This document shows, in pieces, positions 7,379 through 14,632 of a stretch of 46,001 nt of DNA. The stretch spans positions 1 to 46,001 of the IMG/VR virus record IMGVR_UViG_3300029536_000014; one strand, written 5' to 3'. The translations under genes were made by a program, and so were the position numbers. Source of the DNA: a virus. Under the pieces are notes generated by a model. The model did no database searches and was not told the DNA's origin. It saw only the letters and a list, made by a program, of their open reading frames with translations. Every line of letters starts with the position of its first letter. Within the stretch, counting starts at the first letter, position 1.

Positions 7379-7933
7379 ATGAGAGACATTAAAGACTTAT
7401 GTGCAAGAATCGAAGATGAACTTTCCAAAATTGCTGACAGTGGGCTGACCACTGGAAATCTGGAAATGACATATAAGTTGATTGATATGTACAAAGATAT
7501 CAAGAATACACAGTACTGGGACAAAAAAGTGGAGTATTACAACACTGTCCTTGATGAGATGCGTGGCGGATACAATGACGATTACAGCGAGCGCGGAAGA
7601 AAACGTGACAGCATGGGGAGATACAGCGCAAATGATGGCAGAATGATGCCGGATTACGACAGGGGCAATTCTTATGCCAGACGTGGTGAACATTATGTCA
7701 GAGGGCATTACAGTCGTTCTGATGGGCGAGATGCTTACGATGACTATATGACGCAGAAGCAAAGCTATCGTTCCGGCAAGTCTGAGGACTGTAAGAGGAA
7801 GATGCTTGCCGCATTGGAAGAACACCTTGACGAGCTTACTACAGAAATGAGCGATATGTCCAAGGATGCAGAGTGTAGGGAAGAACGTGATCTTGTCAAG
7901 AGATACGTGGAAAAACTTCGGGATATGCTCTAA
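7379..7933 (+). CDS. Hypothetical protein with an Arg/Tyr/Asp/Ser-rich disordered centre
   Basis: 184 aa from ATG 7379 (AGGAGG 7 nt upstream). Helical ends flank GRKRDSMGRYSANDGR...YARRGEHYVRGHYSRSDGRDAYDDY. Confidence 0.65.
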   Translation: MRDIKDLCARIEDELSKIADSGLTTGNLEMTYKLIDMYKDIKNTQYWDKKVEYYNTVLDEMRGGYNDDYSERGRKRDSMGRYSANDGRMMPDYDRGNSYARRGEHYVRGHYSRSDGRDAYDDYMTQKQSYRSGKSEDCKRKMLAALEEHLDELTTEMSDMSKDAECREERDLVKRYVEKLRDML

Positions 7934-7944
7934 TTTGATGAAAC

Positions 7945-7980
7945 ATGTACCACAACTTTTTGAAGGTTCTGTGATACAAT
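7945..7980 (+). promoter_or_regulatory. Conserved bipartite phage promoter element, copy 2
   Basis: ATGTACCACAACTTTT (7945-7960), a 12-nt spacer, then TGaTACAAT (7971-7980). It lies directly upstream of the non-coding RNA locus and the scaffold/capsid genes. Confidence 0.6.
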
Positions 7981-7986
7981 ATATTC

Positions 7987-8490
7987 GTAGGGAAGATTTG
8001 TAAGCAGAAATGCTTGACATAGACATTTTTATTGCTTTCCTCCTTTCTTTAAGCAGATGCGTGTCCTTAATAGAAACAGGTTCGGGGTGGAATCTGGAGG
8101 TTGAAAAGCGGATGCAATTTCCGACACGTATCATTGCCGCTAGTGCATGGCGGCATACCTCCTTGTGAGCATATAACTGAACAGTGAAATCCAACCCGTG
8201 CAGAGGTGTGCGGCCGTATAGGCGGTGTTGACGTAGCCCGAAACGTCTCGTGTTTAGGCATAGCACGATAAATACCTTGCTAACCCGGGAATCCGGGTTA
8301 TGTGGAATGTACGCTAGTGGAAAACTGACAGGGTCGCGCTCTGGTCTCCGGTTCGATTCCGGGCATTCCGCTTTGATTTGGTTAGAATTACGCTGTCTGT
8401 ATACAGATGGTCTATGATTCGACTGAATTTATCTCATGAGAAAAGGTTATTGCTTATCCTGCTGTCTGGTGTCCGGATCAAAAAGCATAA
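7987..8490 (+). ncRNA. Candidate large structured non-coding RNA (about 0.5 kb), class unassigned
   Basis: No credible + strand ORF. Nested helices: 8002-8015 (GAAA loop), 8083-8090/8191-8198, 8096-8101/8157-8162, 8135-8140/8150-8155, 8230-8247, and a perfect 8-bp hairpin at 8281-8300. Located next to a tRNA. Confidence 0.45.
8303..8371 (+). ncRNA. tRNA-like module lacking a canonical anticodon arm
   Basis: 7-bp acceptor stem TGGAATG/CATTCCG. T-arm TCCGG-TTCGATT-CCGGG (8347-8363). An AGTGG D-loop motif is present. The central 37 nt cannot form a D-stem plus a 7-nt anticodon loop. Confidence 0.45.
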
Positions 8491-8562
8491 TGAAATGTAG
8501 CTCAGTGGTAGAGCAACATCCGCATAGGGTGCGTGTCGGCGGTTCGATTCCGCCTATTTCAT
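8491..8562 (+). tRNA. tRNA with anticodon CAU (Met or Ile2 type), 72 nt, CCA not encoded
   Basis: Cloverleaf folded by hand: acceptor TGAAATG/TATTTCA; D arm GCTC-AGTGGTA-GAGC; anticodon arm ACATC-CGCATAG-GGTGC; variable loop GTGTC; T arm GGCGG-TTCGATT-CCGCC. Unusual G33 and an A27-C43 mismatch. Confidence 0.7.
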
Positions 8563-8639
8563 TACCCTGCCAGTGGTCTAACTGGCTTAATCCACTTACC
8601 TGCGGCGGCAGGTCAATAAACACGACCAGGAGGATATAT

Positions 8640-9272
8640 ATGCAGAAACTTATTGACACATTAAAATCATTTGGAATTGAGATCCCGGAGGACAAGCAGG
8701 CAGATGTAAAAAAATCACTCTCTGAGCATTATAAGAATGCAAAAGAAGTTGCGAAGACTCTGTCAAAAGTCGAGGGAGAACGTGATGACTGGAAAGAACG
8801 CGCTGAGACAGCAGAGGAAACCTTAAAAGGCTTTGACGGTATCGACCCGGCAAATGTTAAGACCGAGTTAGAGACCTGGAAACAGAAAGCGGCAGATGCA
8901 GAGAAAGAATTCAATGCGAAAATCTATGACCGTGATTTCTCAGATGCTCTGAAAGCAGCACTCGATGATGTTAAATTTTCAAGCGAAGCGGCAAAGAAAT
9001 CAGTCATGGCAGACATCAAAGAAGCAGGTCTTAAGCTGAAAGACGGCAAAATCCTTGGGCTGAACGATCTGATTGAGCAGATGAAACAGTCTGACGCATC
9101 CGCTTTCGTGGATGAATCTCAGCAGCAAGCTCAGCAGAATCAGGCAAGATTTACCACTCATGTTGGACAGCAGCAGACACCGGGAAGCATGACAAAGAAG
9201 GAAATCGAAGCGATCAAAGACCCATCTGAGAGACAGGCTGCGATTGCTCAGAATATCCAGCTATTCCAGTGA
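8640..9272 (+). CDS. Scaffolding protein (Phage_GP20-like)
   Basis: 210 aa from ATG 8640 (AGGAGG 7 nt upstream); the track start 8436 reads through the tRNA. Highly charged helical protein with a Gln-rich tail, directly upstream of the capsid gene. Confidence 0.8.
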   Translation: MQKLIDTLKSFGIEIPEDKQADVKKSLSEHYKNAKEVAKTLSKVEGERDDWKERAETAEETLKGFDGIDPANVKTELETWKQKAADAEKEFNAKIYDRDFSDALKAALDDVKFSSEAAKKSVMADIKEAGLKLKDGKILGLNDLIEQMKQSDASAFVDESQQQAQQNQARFTTHVGQQQTPGSMTKKEIEAIKDPSERQAAIAQNIQLFQ

Positions 9273-9348
9273 TTTTTACACCGACTATACACCAGAGTAT
9301 AGCCGCTAACCCAATACCTTAACAATTATGGGTAGAAAGGATTTTTTT

Positions 9349-10515
9349 ATGCCAGCAAAAACAAATCTTATTATGACTAATGATATTCAGGTCACAGCAC
9401 GTGAGATTGATTTTGTTACCAGATTCGAAAGAAACTGGCAGCACTTACGTGATATTCTTGGTATCATGAGACCTATCAAAAAACAGCCGGGTGCTGTACT
9501 CAAGTCCAAGTACGCAGAGGGTACTTTACAGAGCGGACTTGTCGGTGAGGGCGAGGAAATCCCTTACAGCAAATTCGTTGTAAAAGAAAAGAAATATGCG
9601 GAAATGACTATCGAGAAGTACGCAAAGGCTGTATCTATCGAAGCAATCAAGGATCACGGCTATGAGAACGCCGTTCAGATGACTGATGATGAATTCCTTT
9701 TCCAGCTTCAGACTGATGTTACCGGCAGATTCTATGATTATCTGAAAACCGGTACACTTACTTCCACAGAAACAACATTCCAGATGGCTTTGGCAATGGC
9801 CAAAGGCCGTGTAGAAAACAAATTCAAACAGATGCACAGAAATGTGACTGGTGTTGTTGGATTCGTGAACATTCTGGACGTATATGAATATCTCGGAGCG
9901 GCTGAGATTACTATTCAGAACCAGTTCGGCTTCCAGTACATGAAGGATTTCATGGGATTCAAAACTATCTTTCTGTTATCTGACAGCGAGATTCCAAGAG
10001 GGCAGGTTATTGCAACTCCTGTTGAGAACATCGTACTTTACTATGTTGACCCGAATGAATCTGACTTTGCAAGAGCTGGTCTGGTGTATACCGTATCTGG
10101 CGAGACAAACCTGATCGGATTCCATACACAGGGTAACTACCACACAGCAGTGTCCGAAGCGTTCGCAGTTATGGGACTTACTCTTTTTGCGGAGTACATT
10201 GATGCAATCGCAGTAATTACCATTGATGAAACACCGACCCTCGGTACCCTGACAGTAACATCTGCAGCTGGAACAGCAACTGGTGATACGAAAATCACTG
10301 TAAATCCGGCTAAGGAAAATGCTAACAACGTATATAAATACAAAGTTGCAACAGACGCAGTAACTGTTGGATATGGACAGAACCTCAGAAACTGGACTTC
10401 TTGGGACGGAAAAGCTGACGTTAAGGCAACAACCGGACAGAAGATCACAGTGGTTGAATGTGATGGAACATACAAAGCACTGAATGCCGGAAGCGCAAGC
10501 GTAACAGCAAAATGA
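9349..10515 (+). CDS. Major capsid protein with a C-terminal Ig-like extension
   Basis: 388 aa from ATG 9349 (GAAAGGA upstream), positioned after the scaffold gene. The C-terminal ~90 aa (TLTVTSAAGTATGDTKITV...KITVVECDG) looks like a Big_2-type Ig domain. Confidence 0.75.
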   Translation: MPAKTNLIMTNDIQVTAREIDFVTRFERNWQHLRDILGIMRPIKKQPGAVLKSKYAEGTLQSGLVGEGEEIPYSKFVVKEKKYAEMTIEKYAKAVSIEAIKDHGYENAVQMTDDEFLFQLQTDVTGRFYDYLKTGTLTSTETTFQMALAMAKGRVENKFKQMHRNVTGVVGFVNILDVYEYLGAAEITIQNQFGFQYMKDFMGFKTIFLLSDSEIPRGQVIATPVENIVLYYVDPNESDFARAGLVYTVSGETNLIGFHTQGNYHTAVSEAFAVMGLTLFAEYIDAIAVITIDETPTLGTLTVTSAAGTATGDTKITVNPAKENANNVYKYKVATDAVTVGYGQNLRNWTSWDGKADVKATTGQKITVVECDGTYKALNAGSASVTAK

Positions 10516-10538
10516 TGATCGATTAGGAGGTAACTGGC

Positions 10539-11033
10539 ATGGCGTATGCAGATTATAAATTCTATACAGAATCATTCGGCAATGTCGTGCCAGAAGCCGA
10601 CTTTCCACGACTGGCAGAAAGAGCCAGTGATTTCGTGGACACAATGACATTTGACAGACTGGTGGACGGACTGCCAGCTGATAAGCGTTCACAGAAACGT
10701 ATTAAAAAGGCGGTCTGTTCACTGACTGAATTAATGTATCAGATTGAGCTTGCTGAGAAGAATGCTACCAATGCCGCTGTGAGCGGTACGTCAACCGCAA
10801 TCGGGTCCGGTGGTAGCACGACAGGCATTGTAACATCTGTATCATCTGGCAGTGAATCCATCTCTTATGCAACGCCACAGCAGAAAGCATCAGGTGCAAA
10901 GGAATGGAGTGCAGTGTATGCCGCCGCCGGAGATGTACAGAAAACGAACGACTTACTCTTAAAGACAGCTTTACCGCTTCTGATGGGAGTAAGGACGGAT
11001 GATGGAATACCAATTCTTTATGCAGGGGTATGA
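10539..11033 (+). CDS. Head-tail connector/adaptor protein (gp6/gp15-like)
   Basis: 164 aa with RBS GGAGG. The N-terminal YADYKFYTESFGNVVPEADFPRLAERASDFVD pattern is typical of head-tail adaptors. First gene after the capsid gene. Confidence 0.6.
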   Translation: MAYADYKFYTESFGNVVPEADFPRLAERASDFVDTMTFDRLVDGLPADKRSQKRIKKAVCSLTELMYQIELAEKNATNAAVSGTSTAIGSGGSTTGIVTSVSSGSESISYATPQQKASGAKEWSAVYAAAGDVQKTNDLLLKTALPLLMGVRTDDGIPILYAGV

Positions 11034-11269
11034 GTATGAAAGAATTTTTAAGAAAAATACTTTGCAAACATAAGAACAGCGAAGTGATCTGCTGGCACTG
11101 GACGCACGGACCAAATGGCAATGATATAAGATTTTTAGAAATCCAAAGAAAATGTACGGAATGTGGGAAATATTTCTTTACGCATATAAAAGGTTGGGAT
11201 GAATGTAACAGATTTGTTAGCCATTACCCAGAAAAGGAATGGTCTGACAAATGCAAACCCGTTTTATAA
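11030..11269 (+). CDS. Small Cys-rich (zinc-ribbon-like) protein
   Basis: 79 aa, ATGA-coupled to the upstream gene. Contains CKHK...C...CTECGKYF...C; inserted among the connector genes. Confidence 0.55.
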   Translation: MSMKEFLRKILCKHKNSEVICWHWTHGPNGNDIRFLEIQRKCTECGKYFFTHIKGWDECNRFVSHYPEKEWSDKCKPVL

Positions 11270-11283
11270 AGGAGTGTGATTAT

Positions 11284-11553
11284 ATGGACATTTCAACATT
11301 AGGCTCATGTATAGCAATCGTTATGATTTGCTACATCGTAGGAATGGGCTGCAAAGCATCAAAAAGAATCTCTGATGAATGGATTCCGGTAATCATGGCT
11401 GTTATTGGTGGAATTCTCGGAGCGGTCGGAATGGGAGTTATCCCGGATTTCCCGGCATCGGACTATATAACGGCAGTTGCGGTCGGTATGTTTAACGGAT
11501 TGTCGGCCACTGGCGTGAATCAGATTATTAAGCAGACAGTGCAGAAAGAATAA
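11284..11553 (+). CDS. Holin (clostridial phage / Hol44-type, holin superfamily V-like)
   Basis: 89 aa from ATG 11284 (AAGGAG 9 nt upstream). Predicted TM helices, with DEWIPVIMAVIGGILGAV...GLSATGVNQIIKQ matching the DK(W/Y)IP...G..NQI.KQ pattern of C. difficile-phage-type holins. Confidence 0.75.
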   Translation: MDISTLGSCIAIVMICYIVGMGCKASKRISDEWIPVIMAVIGGILGAVGMGVIPDFPASDYITAVAVGMFNGLSATGVNQIIKQTVQKE

Positions 11554-11569
11554 TTAAGGAGATGGTATC

Positions 11570-12031
11570 ATGTACGAAAAAACTTTGACGATTTTCAATT
11601 ATTATGAGAGTCCGACAACTGGAGATGCGTACTGGTATCCTCATGTTTTATGCAGCGTTGACCTCATTACCGACAAAGGAGCAATCCTTAAAAAGTACGG
11701 ACCAGACGCAACTGACAACGCACAGTTGCACGTACGCTATACCGTCCAGAACGGCGATATAACCATTGCTGACAAGAATGGTAAAATTCTCCCATATGTA
11801 CCGCCTAAAGAGTGGAAAAGGCAGATCAACAATGCCCTGGAAGACACTATCACATTCTCAGATGAATCGTTCTTCTGGGAGGGTAAGTGGGCTGGCGGAA
11901 CGATAATTGACAGTGATTATCGGAATGGATTCTATCAATACATGAATGAGAATAAGGATAACGTGTTCAAGATTACCAGTGTAGGCGGTCCATATACACT
12001 GATTCCGCACTTTGAAATTCTAGGTAAGTAA
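11570..12031 (+). CDS. Head-tail joining / head closure protein (putative)
   Basis: 153 aa with RBS AAGGAG; call rests on position between the adaptor and tail genes. No specific family recognised. Confidence 0.5.
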   Translation: MYEKTLTIFNYYESPTTGDAYWYPHVLCSVDLITDKGAILKKYGPDATDNAQLHVRYTVQNGDITIADKNGKILPYVPPKEWKRQINNALEDTITFSDESFFWEGKWAGGTIIDSDYRNGFYQYMNENKDNVFKITSVGGPYTLIPHFEILGK

Positions 12032-12032
12032 T

Positions 12033-12524
12033 ATGAGTAAGATTCATCATTTCAAAGGATTCTCCGTAGTTGATGGAGATATGAAAATTAAACTGAATAT
12101 GGACAGATTCTCCAGACAGTATCAAGAAGCTCAGTATCTCCTTGATGGAATGGTCATGGACAGCATGGTGCCATTTATGCCAATGATTTCAGGAGATTTT
12201 ATCGATAAGACAAGGGCAAGAAGCTCCTCTATGCAAGGCACAGGCTTTGTTTGTGCGGCGGCAGAACCTTATGGCAGATTTCTTTATATGGGAAAAACGA
12301 TGGTGGACGAGCTGACTGGAAGCCCTTACGCTCGGCAGTATGCGAAGAAAGTCCTTGTTAGTCAGTTCTCCGGACAGACAGCAGCTAAGGAAAATCTTGA
12401 ATACACCAAACAAGCGCACCCACGGGCACAAGCCCATTGGTTTGATGCCGCTAAACGACAATACGGAAGCACATGGATTCGTAAAGTAAAAGCACAGGCA
12501 GGAGGTGGCAGACATGGCAGATAA
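12033..12524 (+). CDS. Minor capsid / head-tail joining protein (Minor_capsid_2-like)
   Basis: 163 aa. The pattern MDRFSRQYQEAQYLLDGMVMDSMVPFMP...AHWFDAAK resembles lactococcal-type minor capsid proteins. Confidence 0.55.
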   Translation: MSKIHHFKGFSVVDGDMKIKLNMDRFSRQYQEAQYLLDGMVMDSMVPFMPMISGDFIDKTRARSSSMQGTGFVCAAAEPYGRFLYMGKTMVDELTGSPYARQYAKKVLVSQFSGQTAAKENLEYTKQAHPRAQAHWFDAAKRQYGSTWIRKVKAQAGGGRHGR

Positions 12525-13014
12525 ACCTATCGGAGTAGATGCAACCGGATATGACATTCTGACAGACGCCATGAAAGCACTTCTAAACCAGTATCCGGGA
12601 CTACACGACAATGAAATAATCAAATTCGAGGAACTTGGCAAAGAATCGGGAATTGCGTTTTCAGCAGACAACGGGGCGCTGATCTATTCAGAAAAAGAAG
12701 ATGTTTGTGGCGTAATGCATCAGGTATGCCAGTATCCATTTTATGTGGTATACCGAACAGCATCCGACAAGGAGAGGCAGAAATTATCTGTTCAGAAATT
12801 TTTGGATAATCTCGGTAAATGGATATGTCGAGAACCAGTTATCATAAATGGCTCTGAGACACGCTTAAATGCTTTTCCAGAGCTTTCTCAAGGAAGAGTG
12901 ATAAAACGTATAACCCGTGGAAACTCCTACGGTACAGAGCCGCAGGAGAACGGCGTACAGGACTGGTTATTGCCATTGTCAGTACGCTACGAAAATACTT
13001 ATGAAGTAATATAA
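12514..13014 (+). CDS. Tail completion / terminator-like protein (putative)
   Basis: 166 aa from ATG 12514 (GGAGGTGG upstream; the track start 12505 is GTG inside the RBS). Last gene before the major tail protein. Confidence 0.5.
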   Translation: MADKPIGVDATGYDILTDAMKALLNQYPGLHDNEIIKFEELGKESGIAFSADNGALIYSEKEDVCGVMHQVCQYPFYVVYRTASDKERQKLSVQKFLDNLGKWICREPVIINGSETRLNAFPELSQGRVIKRITRGNSYGTEPQENGVQDWLLPLSVRYENTYEVI

Positions 13015-13095
13015 CAAGTAACAACCGGCTATCAATTGGAGATAGTCGCTAACCTACACAGCCTTTTAAAAGTTATAGGCAGAAAGGACATTTCT

Positions 13096-13596
13096 ATGGC
13101 AGTTACAGGAAAAATTGACCGTAAATATATGGCTCATTATATTGATGCAGGTTCCCTCTGCGGAGGGCTGACACCGAAATATGAGCGTCTTGGAAAGGAT
13201 CTGGAAGAGTACAACATCGAACTCAACCCGGATACCGAAACATCTAAAAATATTCTTGGAGAATCCACATTTAAGCATAACGGCTATGAGGTATCTTCTG
13301 ATGCCGATCCATTTTATGCAGATACCACTTCTGACCTATTCACGGCGTTACAGAAGATTGTAGACGGACGCCTCAAAGACGATAACCTCAAGACAAAAGC
13401 AGTTGAAGTCCATCTCTGGACGGAAGCCACAGCAGGCAAGTATGAAGCATATCAGCAGGATTGCTACGTTGTGCCGACATCCTACGGTGGAGACACATCT
13501 GGCTATCAGATTCCATTTACTGTCAACTATGTTGGCGAACGTGTAAAAGGAAAATTTGATATCAGTTCCGGTACATTCACAGCTGACAGTGAATAA
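13096..13596 (+). CDS. Major tail protein
   Basis: 166 aa from ATG 13096 (GAAAGGA upstream), upstream of the chaperone pair and tape measure. KYMAHYIDAG...YERLGKDLEEYNIELNPD is a typical siphovirus tail-tube N-terminus. Confidence 0.7.
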   Translation: MAVTGKIDRKYMAHYIDAGSLCGGLTPKYERLGKDLEEYNIELNPDTETSKNILGESTFKHNGYEVSSDADPFYADTTSDLFTALQKIVDGRLKDDNLKTKAVEVHLWTEATAGKYEAYQQDCYVVPTSYGGDTSGYQIPFTVNYVGERVKGKFDISSGTFTADSE

Positions 13597-13622
13597 GCAC
13601 ATACACAAGGAGGATATGCTAA

Positions 13623-14048
13623 ATGGCAAAAGTAATTAATACCAAAATTGATGATGGAATTTTTACATTCACGTTTACCAACAACGAAGACGAAGTTTTT
13701 TCTTCTTTCAAGCTTAACCCGACTGATATCAATGTAGCAGCACGTGCGGAGGAACTGGGAGAGTACTTTGACCAGCTTAAAAATTCTATTCAAAAAGTCA
13801 CATCTGGTAAGGAAGTGGCAGAACTGAACAAACAGATCGAAGACAAAATCAACTATCTGCTCGGATATGAAGCATCAAAAGACCTGTTCAAGGAGCCGAT
13901 CACAGCGACTACTGTATTCGGCAATGGTCAGGTATTCGCCTACATCGTACTTGACAAGATCGCAGAAGCAATCGCACCGGAAATCGAAAAGAGAAAAAAG
14001 AAAATGCAGACGGCAGTCAATAAGTACGTGGAGAAATATACAAAATGA
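13623..14048 (+). CDS. Tail assembly chaperone (gpG-like)
   Basis: 141 aa with RBS AAGGAGG; acidic protein immediately upstream of the second chaperone and the tape measure. Confidence 0.65.
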   Translation: MAKVINTKIDDGIFTFTFTNNEDEVFSSFKLNPTDINVAARAEELGEYFDQLKNSIQKVTSGKEVAELNKQIEDKINYLLGYEASKDLFKEPITATTVFGNGQVFAYIVLDKIAEAIAPEIEKRKKKMQTAVNKYVEKYTK

Positions 14049-14617
14049 CCGCCTATGAGCTTCCCACCTCACTGAACATAAGTGGGGTGGATTTTTCTAT
14101 CAGGACAGATTTCCGAGCGATTATTGATATTCTCATAGCCATGAACGACCCGGAGCTGGACGAACAGGCAAAAGCAGTTGTTATGTTGAAAATCTTATTT
14201 GTGGATTGGCAAATCATACCACCAGAGCATTTATCGGAAGCTTGTCAGAAAGCTTGTGAGTTTATCGACTGTGGACAAGCTGACAGTGATCCGAATCGCC
14301 CAAAACCACGATTAATGGACTGGGAGCAGGACGGAGACATGATCGTGCCGGCTGTAAACAAGGTTGCTGGTAAAGAAATCAGATCAGTACCTTATATGCA
14401 CTGGTGGACGTTCTTCGGATACTTCATGGAATCTGGCGAATGTCTGTTCAACACAGTTGTTGGAATCCGGTCAAAAAAAGCAAAAGGCGAAAAGCTCGAT
14501 AAATGGGAAAAGAAATTCTATCAGGAAAATAAGAACATTATTGATATAAAAACACGTCTCAGCGAAGAGGAGCAAGCGTACAAGGATGCGCTGAATGAGA
14601 TGTTAAACCTCAAATAG
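14045..14617 (+). CDS. Tail assembly protein (Phage_Gp15-like)
   Basis: 190 aa with an ATGA overlap. The N-terminus YELPTSLNISGVDFSIRTDFRAIIDILIAMNDPEL resembles the Listeria A118 Gp15 family. Confidence 0.6.
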   Translation: MTAYELPTSLNISGVDFSIRTDFRAIIDILIAMNDPELDEQAKAVVMLKILFVDWQIIPPEHLSEACQKACEFIDCGQADSDPNRPKPRLMDWEQDGDMIVPAVNKVAGKEIRSVPYMHWWTFFGYFMESGECLFNTVVGIRSKKAKGEKLDKWEKKFYQENKNIIDIKTRLSEEEQAYKDALNEMLNLK

Positions 14618-14632
14618 TTAGGAGGTGAATGT

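Noticed and set aside
7397-8266. 289-aa ORF on the reverse strand
   Set aside because: It is antisense to the well-supported CDS 7379-7933 and then runs through the structured RNA region. It has no RBS, and its composition (rich in C, H, I, S) looks like a shadow frame.
8073-8371. tmRNA hypothesis: the 5' GGGGTGGAATCTGGA resembles a tmRNA 5' end, and there is a 3' T-arm plus acceptor
   Set aside because: The acceptor has no G3-U70 alanine identity pair. There is no ACCA-like 3' end, and I found no tag-peptide reading frame with a resume codon and hydrophobic C-terminus. This should still be checked with a covariance model.
8491-8562. Suppressor tRNA / stop-codon recoding
   Set aside because: The anticodon is CAT, and all structural genes are open and contiguous in the standard code. 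There is no sign of in-frame TAG or TGA reassignment.
8436-8639. N-terminal 68 codons of track ORF 8436-9272
   Set aside because: This part reads directly through the tRNA at 8491-8562 (GGSIPP is simply the T-arm translated). The scaffold gene has a proper AGGAGG RBS at ATG 8640.
9976-10692. 238-aa reverse-strand ORF; similar cases at 14521-14907, 16381-16773, 19808-20680, 42344-42808 and 42405-42854
   Set aside because: All are antisense shadows inside long, well-supported forward genes (capsid, tape measure, fibre, 42149-42796). They lack RBSs and have low-complexity, Cys/Ser/Phe-rich sequences.
13623-14617. Programmed -1 frameshift joining the two tail chaperone ORFs
   Set aside because: The second ORF has its own ATG in an ATGA overlap, and I could not find an XXXYYYZ slippery heptamer near the end of the first ORF. 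I therefore treat them as separate Gp14/Gp15-type genes.
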